Below are positions 17,965-26,233 of a stretch of DNA of 30,647 nt, one piece after another (the first letter of the stretch is position 1; every line of letters begins with the position of its first letter). Source of the stretch: Bdellovibrionota bacterium (GTDB lineage Bacteria; Bdellovibrionota_C; UBA2361; JBGSMV01); NCBI GenBank assembly GCA_041739995.1, contig JBGSMV010000013.1, positions 1-30,647 of the forward strand, written 5' to 3'. The notes beneath the pieces were generated by a model, which was given only the letters and a program-made list of their open reading frames with translations, was not told where the DNA came from and did not search any database. The translations under genes were made by a program, and so were the position numbers.

Positions 17965-18273
17965 TTATGAAGTTGCTTTCGGGGGACGAACAGGCTCGCC
18001 CAACGAGGCCTTATGTTTAGCGACACCCTTATTTTCAGTATCCTGTAGGGCCTCTGCCGCAGGTTGTGCGAGCGCAGGCATTACGCCGGGCTCTGTCCAA
18101 CCACTTTGATTTACCAGTTGGAGAAGCTCCTTCTGGTGAATCGAGGCGCTTTTCTGATTCAAAATGTCTTGTCGGAATTCCTTCTGGCACGAATCGCATG
18201 CCAGCGCGCTAGACCAGACGAATAAACATGCTACCAGTGAGGCAACAATCGTTTTAGAAACGGTAGGTCGCAT
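17965..18273 (-). CDS. signal-peptide-bearing N-terminal segment of nirK (same frame as 16657-17889, ends at TAA 17965-17967)
   Basis: AGGGGT RBS, ATG 18273, Sec signal ending ALA and mature start CDSC. After the TAA the same frame continues without another stop (SRLGKDGLPLTSYVEPGTKPDKKFTV) into the NirK core. Confidence 0.7.
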   Translation of the reverse strand: MRPTVSKTIVASLVACLFVWSSALACDSCQKEFRQDILNQKSASIHQKELLQLVNQSGWTEPGVMPALAQPAAEALQDTENKGVAKHKASLGEPVRPPKATS

Positions 18274-18355
18274 ATATACCCCTGTGAGGAACGACCTCTC
18301 AGCCCACCGACGAAGGGAGAATCCCGACAAAGCTGGCGTCTGAGAAGGTATTCAC

Positions 18356-18379
18356 ATAAGAGACATGGGAGTCTCTTAT
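18356..18379. promoter_or_regulatory. palindromic operator upstream of nirK (Rrf2/NsrR-like candidate)
   Basis: ATAAGAGAC-atggga-GTCTCTTAT, a perfect 9-bp inverted repeat about 83 bp upstream of the nirK start. Confidence 0.55.
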
Positions 18380-18641
18380 TATCTATAGAACTCTTTCGAT
18401 GATTTTCCAAGTACTCTTAAGGTGTTTTCCGGTCGTTCGTGCTTGCGTGGGTCCTTTTGAGTACTTTGGTGGAAGCGACGCGTAGGTTAAATGTTGAATG
18501 AAACGCTCGGCATTGGAAGGGCACTAAGGTCTAAGCTCGCAAGTGTAAAGGTTTCGCTCTTAGGCCGTGTAGGTGAGGGCGACACACTGAACGTCAATAC
18601 GAAACCAAGTGATGCGGAGGCGTATCCACCCAAGTTTCATT

Positions 18642-20975
18642 TTACAGGGCGTCGCCGACACGAGTGGAGATCCTGCCCTGCTCATTTCGGAACGCCCTTT
18701 CGCAGACTTCAAGTCCAGAAACTTCTTTGTTTCTTTTCCCCGTCAAAACATCTGCAGTGCCGGTGATAAGCCTAACGGCTGATTCCGCGATTCCCTCGGC
18801 CGCGTCAGCGGCGGAAGCGATTGCACCGGTGACACTTGGAACAAAATTGGGGTTGTCTAAACTTCCGAACGCCCGAAACGGAGGAATGAGACTTGCCAGC
18901 GCGGGAGTCCTTGAATTCACATTGAAGTTGTAGTCAATCGTGTTGTTTGGAAAATCAAGTTGGCCTTTGCCGAAAATAAAGACGTCGCCAAGTTTTATGA
19001 CTTGGCCATTGGATTTTGCGACCCCGTTCCGGAGGTCATAATTAAAGAGGAGGCATTCAGACTTCTTGTGACGGGACTCGCCAAAAATTGGCGATAGGAT
19101 GTCATATAGACTGGAACCGGCACTGCGGAGTGTCGCGCTCTGCAGCGTTGCATCGTCAGAGCTAATGCTTATCTGCCCAGTCAGTGTCCTAAGGACCTCA
19201 GAAAGTGAATCTCCGACGCTATTAAGATCAGCCGAGAACATAAAATTCCCTTCGATAATGGGTGTTCGCCCGGTGATCAGCGCGATTGGATTTGACGCGA
19301 TGTTCTCGCCATCTAAGGTAACGTGCGTCTTCTCGTGAGCGGCCATAAGTGTCCCGGAAACAGTGCCGCCGAACGCCTCTGCGGAAAATTTAGGAACGGA
19401 TAACGCGCCATCTTTCAAGCTGGCGGTGACGTGGGTGTTCGCAAATTCAAGTCCGAGGAACGTCGTTAAATCCGCAACATGAATATCGATGTCGGCGTTA
19501 ATCGCGTGGAAGACGTCAAAAGGGATGCGCCTCTCCTCGCTATTTTGAGGATTTGTTTCCGAGCCAGATGTGCTTGTAATCGCGGAAAGATCGAGGGAAT
19601 CAGAAGTTAATTTAGCAGTCACGACTATAGGATTGGCTTGAAAAGTCAAATCTCCCTGCAGGTCCTGCTTCCCTACTTGAAGCTTAAAATGTTCAAGTTG
19701 GAAATTGCCGTGTGTCAGCGCGCTTGATTTGACTCGGCCATCAAACGAATAGTCCTGCCAAGGAGGAAGTTTCTTGAGAACTAGCGACGACAGCTGCGCA
19801 AGATTCGCTCCAGAGGCTTGTACCTTCAGGTCGACCTGCTCTCCAGCTTTATAAAATCCATCGGCTCGAATGCGGTGAGTCTCGGAGGTGAGGTTAAGGG
19901 AGACATTGGTCCTGTCGTCTGATTGAAAAACTAACTCGATGTCACCGAGTACATGATTTCCATCCAAGGTAACGTCCAAGTGCTCAATTTTAAGAGCTTC
20001 GCGAGCTTCAAGTGTTCGAGTTAAACGAAACTTTCCCTGATAGTTCTTCCACTTTGGGAAGCGTGTTCGAAGCAGCGTGGAGAGAGTGGAGAGGTCCTCA
20101 CCGGAGGCATCAACTTCAAGTGTGAGATCCCCATTTTGCTGAAGCGCACCTGAGGCGACCAGGTGGTTGGATCCCTGTCTCACATCGATCTTGATGTCGA
20201 GGGGGTCCCCGGCAAGAAACGCCTTAAGAGAAGAGGTTGTGCCACTTGCCACTATCGGCATCCCGTCAGCAGTAAATGCTGAGGTGAGGGTGCCTTTGGT
20301 GTCGAACTCTAGATTTGGGCTACTGAAGCGCTTGAATTGAAATTTACGGGCGGGACCGTCTCCCTCAAGGGATACGGTAAGATTCTCTATCGCAAAGTCT
20401 TTGATCGCGGGAAATGAACTTGTGGTCGCCTCACCATCCCCTTTGTCGGAGGTATCGGTTGAAAATGTCCAGTTCGATTTGCCGTTCACATCGGAATTAA
20501 GGGCGATTTGAATATCTGAAGCATGTAGCTGCTCTATTTGATATGCACCAAGCAGGTTCCTAATAAGGGGAGCGGAGATAAGCAGATGCTTGATCGCAAG
20601 CATTGGAGAAGGGGTCTCTCCATTCTGAGAGGTTTTTGGGGACTCAATCGAAAAGTCTGAAACGATGAGCGTGGGAGAGAGTCCGAGCACAAGCTTTAGT
20701 TCCCCTCGGAAATTCACCTTTCTTCGGAGTGCTGCGCTTAAGGCGGCACTCGCCCGTGCTTTGAACCAGCCGGAGGCCACGACTCTCGGTAGTGAGAGAA
20801 AGGCGAGGCTTTGAATCGCTAGCATCAGAATAAGGCTGACCACCAAGCGTTTGGTCCAGGTCTGAGGGAATATCATTGTCAGCAATGTAACGGATTCTCG
20901 AACAAGACTCCACGTCTTGGTCGTGGCATCGATGGGTGCGCTGGCAGCTTGCCCGTACTGATTATCGTCGACCAT
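18642..20975 (-). CDS. AsmA-family protein
   Basis: N-terminal TM anchor, ALSAALRRKV..G.L, NGKSNW, repeated beta-groove segments, C-terminal GKGQLDFPNNTIDY...PFRAFGSLDNP. The exact start is uncertain. Confidence 0.85.
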   Translation of the reverse strand: MVDDNQYGQAASAPIDATTKTWSLVRESVTLLTMIFPQTWTKRLVVSLILMLAIQSLAFLSLPRVVASGWFKARASAALSAALRRKVNFRGELKLVLGLSPTLIVSDFSIESPKTSQNGETPSPMLAIKHLLISAPLIRNLLGAYQIEQLHASDIQIALNSDVNGKSNWTFSTDTSDKGDGEATTSSFPAIKDFAIENLTVSLEGDGPARKFQFKRFSSPNLEFDTKGTLTSAFTADGMPIVASGTTSSLKAFLAGDPLDIKIDVRQGSNHLVASGALQQNGDLTLEVDASGEDLSTLSTLLRTRFPKWKNYQGKFRLTRTLEAREALKIEHLDVTLDGNHVLGDIELVFQSDDRTNVSLNLTSETHRIRADGFYKAGEQVDLKVQASGANLAQLSSLVLKKLPPWQDYSFDGRVKSSALTHGNFQLEHFKLQVGKQDLQGDLTFQANPIVVTAKLTSDSLDLSAITSTSGSETNPQNSEERRIPFDVFHAINADIDIHVADLTTFLGLEFANTHVTASLKDGALSVPKFSAEAFGGTVSGTLMAAHEKTHVTLDGENIASNPIALITGRTPIIEGNFMFSADLNSVGDSLSEVLRTLTGQISISSDDATLQSATLRSAGSSLYDILSPIFGESRHKKSECLLFNYDLRNGVAKSNGQVIKLGDVFIFGKGQLDFPNNTIDYNFNVNSRTPALASLIPPFRAFGSLDNPNFVPSVTGAIASAADAAEGIAESAVRLITGTADVLTGKRNKEVSGLEVCERAFRNEQGRISTRVGDAL

Positions 20976-21212
20976 CGGAGAGCCGTGAATTCATCGCGGG
21001 GTAACCGAACGGGAAGAGCTTTATTTCAGCAAAGTAGAATCAGCTAATAGAGGCGGTGAGCCTCCTGAGGCACGACGCCATTGTGTTTAGATTGCTCCCC
21101 TAGTGTGTCAGCGCATTGCTCTCAAGGAATCACCTAGGCCGAATGCTGCTAATGTTTTGATACGGGGCTTCTCGCCGTTAAGCTGATTACAGAATTTGTC
21201 GAATTAGGCTCA

Positions 21213-23132
21213 ATGCAATTCAGAAGCGCGTTAGTTGTGTTTTTCTGCGCGATGCTTACGATAGAGCTTAATCGCGCTCACGCTCAAAATCTTGACTCTT
21301 ACTCCTATGACATCGGTAGCCCAACCGTAACTGAGTACTACGTCGACCCCGCTGACGGTTCGGACCAAAACTCAGGGACCTCTCTTGAAACCCCATGGCG
21401 TACGGTAACGCATGCTTGGAATCAAATCCCAAACTCGACGACCCTTACCCAAGGGTATCGATTCAATCTAATGAACGGCGACTATGGTGAAGAGGAGCTC
21501 CCCAACTACTGGGAACTTAAATTCGGCACCGCAAGCTTCCCCATAATTCTACGAGCTGCTCCTGGACAAACTTCTGTAAGGTTCGTGCGTGACATCAACA
21601 TGGCCAACGTAAAGTACTTCTATCTGATAGGTGTCACGATTGCGCCCACTGGTGGTGGAGATGCTTTTCACTGCGAGTCCTGTGACCACCTTCTGATTCG
21701 TGGCTGTACCTTAAATGGTGGTTCTACCACTGACGGCGCCCACGAAACGCTTAAAGTGAATCAATCGCAGTACGTCTATATTGAGAATAACAACATCGCA
21801 TTCGCAGATGACAACAATATTGACTTTGTGGGGGTGCAACACGGCCACATTATTGGGAACCGTGTGCATGAGGCCGGGGACTGGTGTGCGTATGTGAAAG
21901 GCGGTTCTGCCTACATCAGAGTTGAAGCAAACGAGTTTTATAATTGCGGTACTGGAGGCTTTACTGCGGGTCAGGGCACGGGGTTCCAGTTCCTGACCTC
22001 ACCGTGGCTTCACTATGAGACCTACGATATCAAAGTTATCAATAATCTGATTCATGATACCGAAGGCGCGGCGCTTGGGGTCAATGGTGGATACAATGTG
22101 TTGGTTGCACACAACACCGCTTACCGTGTGGGCTCGCGCTCGCATATGCTGGAAGTGGTATTTGGTGAACGTACCTGTGATGGTGAGAGCACGGGAGCGG
22201 CGGAGGCTACCTGCGCGGCATATCATGCCGCGGGAGGATGGGGCCCATCGAGCGTTCGTCTTGAACCAGAATACATAGGCAATCGAAATGTCTTCATACT
22301 CAATAACGTACTGTATAATCCAACAGGCCAAGAATCTTCTCAGCACTTTGCGATATATGGCCCGCGTGTTCCGAGCGGAGATGTGAACCTCAGTAGTCCC
22401 CAGCGTACCGACACGAATCTGGTGATCGCGGGGAACCTCGTCTGGAATGGAAGCGCAGATACTCCTTACGGGATTGAGGAGGAACAGGGTTGTGAGGACT
22501 CGAATCCCACCTGCAATCTTGCTCAGCTGCAGGCAGACAATGTGGTCAATATATTTGAGCCTGAGTTGAGAGACGCCGACGGCGGAGACCTTCGGCCCCA
22601 AAGTGGAAGTGCCACGCTTGCTTTGAGCGGCGCTACCCTTGCCAGTTTTCCAGGAGGAGATGGCCCAGGCGCTCCAGCGGTGCCACCTGGCGTGCTTGCT
22701 AATTTCTTTGCCCGAGATTTCTCAGGCTCTACTCCCAGCGGGAGTAGAGCGGTTGGCGCATTTAGCTCAGCCGACGTGTCGCTTAGCCCGCCAGCAATTG
22801 ATGATGTGCAGGTGCCGACTGACCCCGAAACTCCCTCAGTGGAGGCACCGATCATTCGTCGAGTAAAGCTCGCTACCAACCGAGTAGGGCGAAGAGTCGA
22901 GGTAGAGCTTCTGGTACGAGTGGTGAGCAGCGAAGCGCTCGATTCGATAAGCGCCGTAGTCAGACGCGGCTCTAATGACCTTAGGTCCATTCGGATGCGC
23001 CTTCTGCGCGGCCAGCGTTACCGAGGTGTGGGGCGGTTCAGAGTTGCCTCAGGGCGGATGCTTTCGATTGTTCTGACCGCGGCAAACGGTGGCGGCGCGG
23101 CTTCAAAGTCCAAACGCTTGCGTGCCCCTTAA
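21213..23132 (+). CDS. secreted right-handed parallel beta-helix repeat protein
   Basis: Signal peptide (AHA-Q), YYVDPADGSDQNSGTSLETPWRTV, repeated (I/V)xxNx(I/V/F) rungs, Pro-rich linker and an Arg-rich C-terminal beta domain. Confidence 0.85.
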   Translation: MQFRSALVVFFCAMLTIELNRAHAQNLDSYSYDIGSPTVTEYYVDPADGSDQNSGTSLETPWRTVTHAWNQIPNSTTLTQGYRFNLMNGDYGEEELPNYWELKFGTASFPIILRAAPGQTSVRFVRDINMANVKYFYLIGVTIAPTGGGDAFHCESCDHLLIRGCTLNGGSTTDGAHETLKVNQSQYVYIENNNIAFADDNNIDFVGVQHGHIIGNRVHEAGDWCAYVKGGSAYIRVEANEFYNCGTGGFTAGQGTGFQFLTSPWLHYETYDIKVINNLIHDTEGAALGVNGGYNVLVAHNTAYRVGSRSHMLEVVFGERTCDGESTGAAEATCAAYHAAGGWGPSSVRLEPEYIGNRNVFILNNVLYNPTGQESSQHFAIYGPRVPSGDVNLSSPQRTDTNLVIAGNLVWNGSADTPYGIEEEQGCEDSNPTCNLAQLQADNVVNIFEPELRDADGGDLRPQSGSATLALSGATLASFPGGDGPGAPAVPPGVLANFFARDFSGSTPSGSRAVGAFSSADVSLSPPAIDDVQVPTDPETPSVEAPIIRRVKLATNRVGRRVEVELLVRVVSSEALDSISAVVRRGSNDLRSIRMRLLRGQRYRGVGRFRVASGRMLSIVLTAANGGGAASKSKRLRAP

Positions 23133-23367
23133 GAGTAGAGATTTCGAGATATTCCTTCCCTAAGGTGGCATTAAATGTTTCTCTCGTCCGAGGGTGCCAG
23201 AGTGCTCGATTTCTTGTAATGTCCTGCCATTAATCCTGCATAGAGCAACTTATCGCCACCTGGCTCTCAGCAAAGAGTCGGTTTCCTAGGGTTGTGTGCG
23301 GGAATCGTCATGCGCGGTGCTGGCCGCCGTGGATCAGGAACAGTCATAGTTTAGATGGAATGATCTC

Positions 23368-25248
23368 GTGCTCCAAGTTGTAAATCTCGAAAAGACCTTT
23401 GGTGGAAGAACGCTGTTCAATGAGATGTCTTTCTCGCTGACCCCGGGCGAACGTTTGGCGCTTATCGGGCGTAATGGTTCTGGAAAATCTACGCTCATGC
23501 GCTTGATCCTTGGTGAAGAGCATCAAGACGCGGGCGACATTATAATCCCTAAAGGCTACCGCATCGGGCACCTTTCTCAGCATTTAGAGTTCAAAGAGAC
23601 TTCCATTCTACGTGAGGCCTGTCGTGGACTTCCGCCAGACCGAATTGATGAAGAGTATAAGGCGGAGATAATTCTAAGCGGTTTAGGATTTTCTACCGAA
23701 GAATTCGAACTTCCTGCCAATACCTTTTCAGGTGGCTTTCAGATCCGAGTCGAGCTCGCGCGCGTGCTTCTTTCAGAGCCGAACCTGCTGCTGCTTGATG
23801 AGCCTACCAACTATCTAGACATTGTCTCTGCCCGCTGGTTAGAACGATTTCTTACCGAGTGGGAGAGCGAAATTATTATGATTTCGCATGACCGCGCATT
23901 TCTGGACGCGGTGTCCACTCACACCATGATTATTCATCGCGGTAAGGCACGCCGAATTAGTGGCAAGACCCAGAAGCTTTATGACTTGCTGGCGGAAGAG
24001 GAGACCATTCACGAACAAACCCGGCTTAATCAGGAAAAGAAGCGCAAAGAAGTCGAGCAGTTTGTTAACAAGTTCAAGGCAAAAGCAGGCACGGCAAGTC
24101 TCGCGCAGTCACGCATGAAGATGCTTGAAAAAATGGAAATCTCGGAAGAACTTGCCGAGATTCCTGTGCTTGATTTTGGGTTCACGAGCACGCCATTTTT
24201 TGGGAAAAGCCTAATAGAAATTGAAGAGGCAGAATTTTCTTATCCGCCAAAGATTGAGGGCGGCGCCATTACCAAGATTCTAGAGGACTTTGGGCTGGTG
24301 GTGCGGCCAGGGGACAGAATCGGTGTCATTGGAAAAAATGGGCGTGGAAAATCAACGCTACTTCGCGTTCTCGCTGGTGAGCTAACTGCCTCGAAGGGGT
24401 CCTTGAGAACCTCGCCGCACACTCGTATCGGTTATTTTGGTCAGACAAATATCCAGCGCCTCTCACCGAAACTTACCGTAGAAGATGAGGTGTCTTCAGC
24501 TAATCCGCAACATCATCGCACCAAGGTTCGTGCTATCTGCGGCACCATGATGTTTGGTGGCGATGATGGGTTGAAGAAAATTGGAGTTCTCTCAGGAGGA
24601 GAACGAAGTCGAGTCTTGTTGGGTAAGCTTATCGCACAACCGTCCAATGTGCTGCTTTTGGACGAACCAACAAACCACCTCGATATCGAGTCTATTGCCG
24701 CTCTGATTGAAAGCTTGAAGCAGTATGAAGGCGCGGTTCTGCTGGTGACGCATGATGAATTTATGTTACGAGCGCTGGTGTCTCGACTGGTTGTTTTCTC
24801 GGACCAGGGCGTTCACTTGGTCGAAGGCGATTACGATTACTTTCTCAGAAAGGAAGGCTGGGGCGATGGCGAAACCAAGCCTTCCTCTCAAACTCAACAA
24901 GAGCCTAAGACGCAAAAGCCGCGTGAGGTGGTGCTTGACCGTAAGGAGCGTGCGCGAATTAGAGAAGAACGGCAGCGACGAGTGGTGCCACTTCAGAAGG
25001 AGATAGCGGTCGTTGAGCGCAAGATAGTCGCGCTCGAAATGACCATAAGTCAGAACGAAACCGGCATGGCAACAGAGTCGGGGAAGGGGGATGCGATCGA
25101 CGTCTTTAAGCTGGCTGAGCTCTCGCGCGAAACCGCAGCGGCAAGAAAGCAAATTGATCAGCTCTTTGAGGAATTTAGTGCCCTTTCGTTACGTCTGAAG
25201 GAAGCGGAGAATGAATTCTCGGAAGACGGCGTGCTGGCGGAATCTTGA
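23368..25248 (+). CDS. ABC-F family ATP-binding protein
   Basis: Two ABC domains (GRNGSGKST/FSGG/LLLDEPTN and GKNGRGKST/LSGGE/LLLDEPTN), an inter-domain linker, a C-terminal coiled coil and no TM segments. Confidence 0.95.
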   Translation: MLQVVNLEKTFGGRTLFNEMSFSLTPGERLALIGRNGSGKSTLMRLILGEEHQDAGDIIIPKGYRIGHLSQHLEFKETSILREACRGLPPDRIDEEYKAEIILSGLGFSTEEFELPANTFSGGFQIRVELARVLLSEPNLLLLDEPTNYLDIVSARWLERFLTEWESEIIMISHDRAFLDAVSTHTMIIHRGKARRISGKTQKLYDLLAEEETIHEQTRLNQEKKRKEVEQFVNKFKAKAGTASLAQSRMKMLEKMEISEELAEIPVLDFGFTSTPFFGKSLIEIEEAEFSYPPKIEGGAITKILEDFGLVVRPGDRIGVIGKNGRGKSTLLRVLAGELTASKGSLRTSPHTRIGYFGQTNIQRLSPKLTVEDEVSSANPQHHRTKVRAICGTMMFGGDDGLKKIGVLSGGERSRVLLGKLIAQPSNVLLLDEPTNHLDIESIAALIESLKQYEGAVLLVTHDEFMLRALVSRLVVFSDQGVHLVEGDYDYFLRKEGWGDGETKPSSQTQQEPKTQKPREVVLDRKERARIREERQRRVVPLQKEIAVVERKIVALEMTISQNETGMATESGKGDAIDVFKLAELSRETAAARKQIDQLFEEFSALSLRLKEAENEFSEDGVLAES

Positions 25249-25315
25249 GAGCGTAGCAGTTCGTTGTGTTTCTAAAGTGACACGTTGCTTCTGATGCCGT
25301 TCGGAGAACTCGGTT

Positions 25316-25984
25316 ATGTTTTACATGCGCGAAGTGTCAGGAATCGTCCCGTACTCCCCTGGAGCGGTCAAGCTCCGAAGAGGCATTCAGCCGGTGGCGG
25401 CTTCAGCCCCGTTGACCGATTGGGCTGACGCCCAGAAGCAAGCGAGTATCAACGAAGAAGTCGCTCTAGGTGGTGCTCAGGCTGCGGAGGAGGCTCGAGC
25501 GGCTACGGTTGTTTCGGCATACGAGAAAGTTGCCCATCGAGAGACCCCTAGGCGAAGAGTCATCTTCGCTTCTGAGATGATGAGCGACCCTGTGGTTACC
25601 ATTTCGCATTTGGCATCGTTGCGGGAGGCACAGCGTCTATTTGCCCAAAAACGCTTTCGGCACATTCCAGTGCTCGACGATGCCGGGGCCGTATCCGGCA
25701 TGCTTTCCGATCGTGATGTCCTTCGCCACATTGCTCGAGAGCATGAATTAGGTAAGGAGCCGCCGACCCCGTGGGCGGAGGAGAAGGTCGGGGCGATTAT
25801 GGCTCAGCCGATTTTGTTGGCGTCTGAAGATACCAGGGTTCGAGAGATTGCGCGCACCATGTTTGAGGAGAGAATCGGTTGTGTTCCCATAGTAAATGAG
25901 GCGCAAGCGTTAGTGGGCATTATCACGAGGAGCGACATTCTTCGTACTCTTTTGGTGCAGGCTCCGCTTGAGCTGTGGAGCTAG
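25316..25984 (+). CDS. CBS-domain-pair protein with N-terminal extension
   Basis: MMSDPVVTI...RFRHIPVLD...GMLSDRDVL and IMAQPI...RIGCVPIVN...VGIITRSDIL. Confidence 0.9.
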   Translation: MFYMREVSGIVPYSPGAVKLRRGIQPVAASAPLTDWADAQKQASINEEVALGGAQAAEEARAATVVSAYEKVAHRETPRRRVIFASEMMSDPVVTISHLASLREAQRLFAQKRFRHIPVLDDAGAVSGMLSDRDVLRHIAREHELGKEPPTPWAEEKVGAIMAQPILLASEDTRVREIARTMFEERIGCVPIVNEAQALVGIITRSDILRTLLVQAPLELWS

Positions 25985-26042
25985 GAAGGGGGTTCTATAG
26001 AAGATTGAATCTGTTTTGTGCGCGATGTTGTGCTCCGTTCCA

Positions 26043-26128
26043 ATTTCACCACAGCGGACACGGAAGTTCACAGAGGATAGGACCTAATTTCCCCCTCTGT
26101 GAAACTCTTTGCCCTCAGTGGTGAAAAT
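26043..26128. repeat. REP-like nested intergenic hairpin
   Basis: Outer arms TTTCACCAC and GTGGTGAAA, inner arms TTCACAGAGG and CCTCTGTGAA. Confidence 0.6.
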
Positions 26129-26233
26129 GTTACTCGCTGCTTCTGAGGTCATGCGGCGACTTTTTGCAGATAGGCTAATTCTCCACAGCGGGAGTAAAGT
26201 TCTTATTGGAAAGATTAATAGGGCTTGTTTGTT

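Noticed and set aside
17965..17967. Stop-codon reassignment or selenocysteine/pyrrolysine readthrough in nirK
   Set aside because: The codon is TAA, not TGA or TAG. TAA terminates other clear genes here (nirK itself, cytochrome c, asmA, beta-helix protein, nemA), and no other gene needs readthrough.
18491..18766. 91-aa plus-strand ORF
   Set aside because: It overlaps the asmA 3' end in antisense and has no recognisable features.
21999..22990. Long antisense ORFs (200 and 155 aa) inside the beta-helix gene, and similar ones inside the sulfatase, nemA and regB
   Set aside because: Shadow ORFs opposite well-supported genes.
23368..25248. Antibiotic-resistance ABC-F (ARE) assignment
   Set aside because: Nothing distinguishes it from housekeeping Uup/YheS-like ABC-F proteins without a phylogeny.
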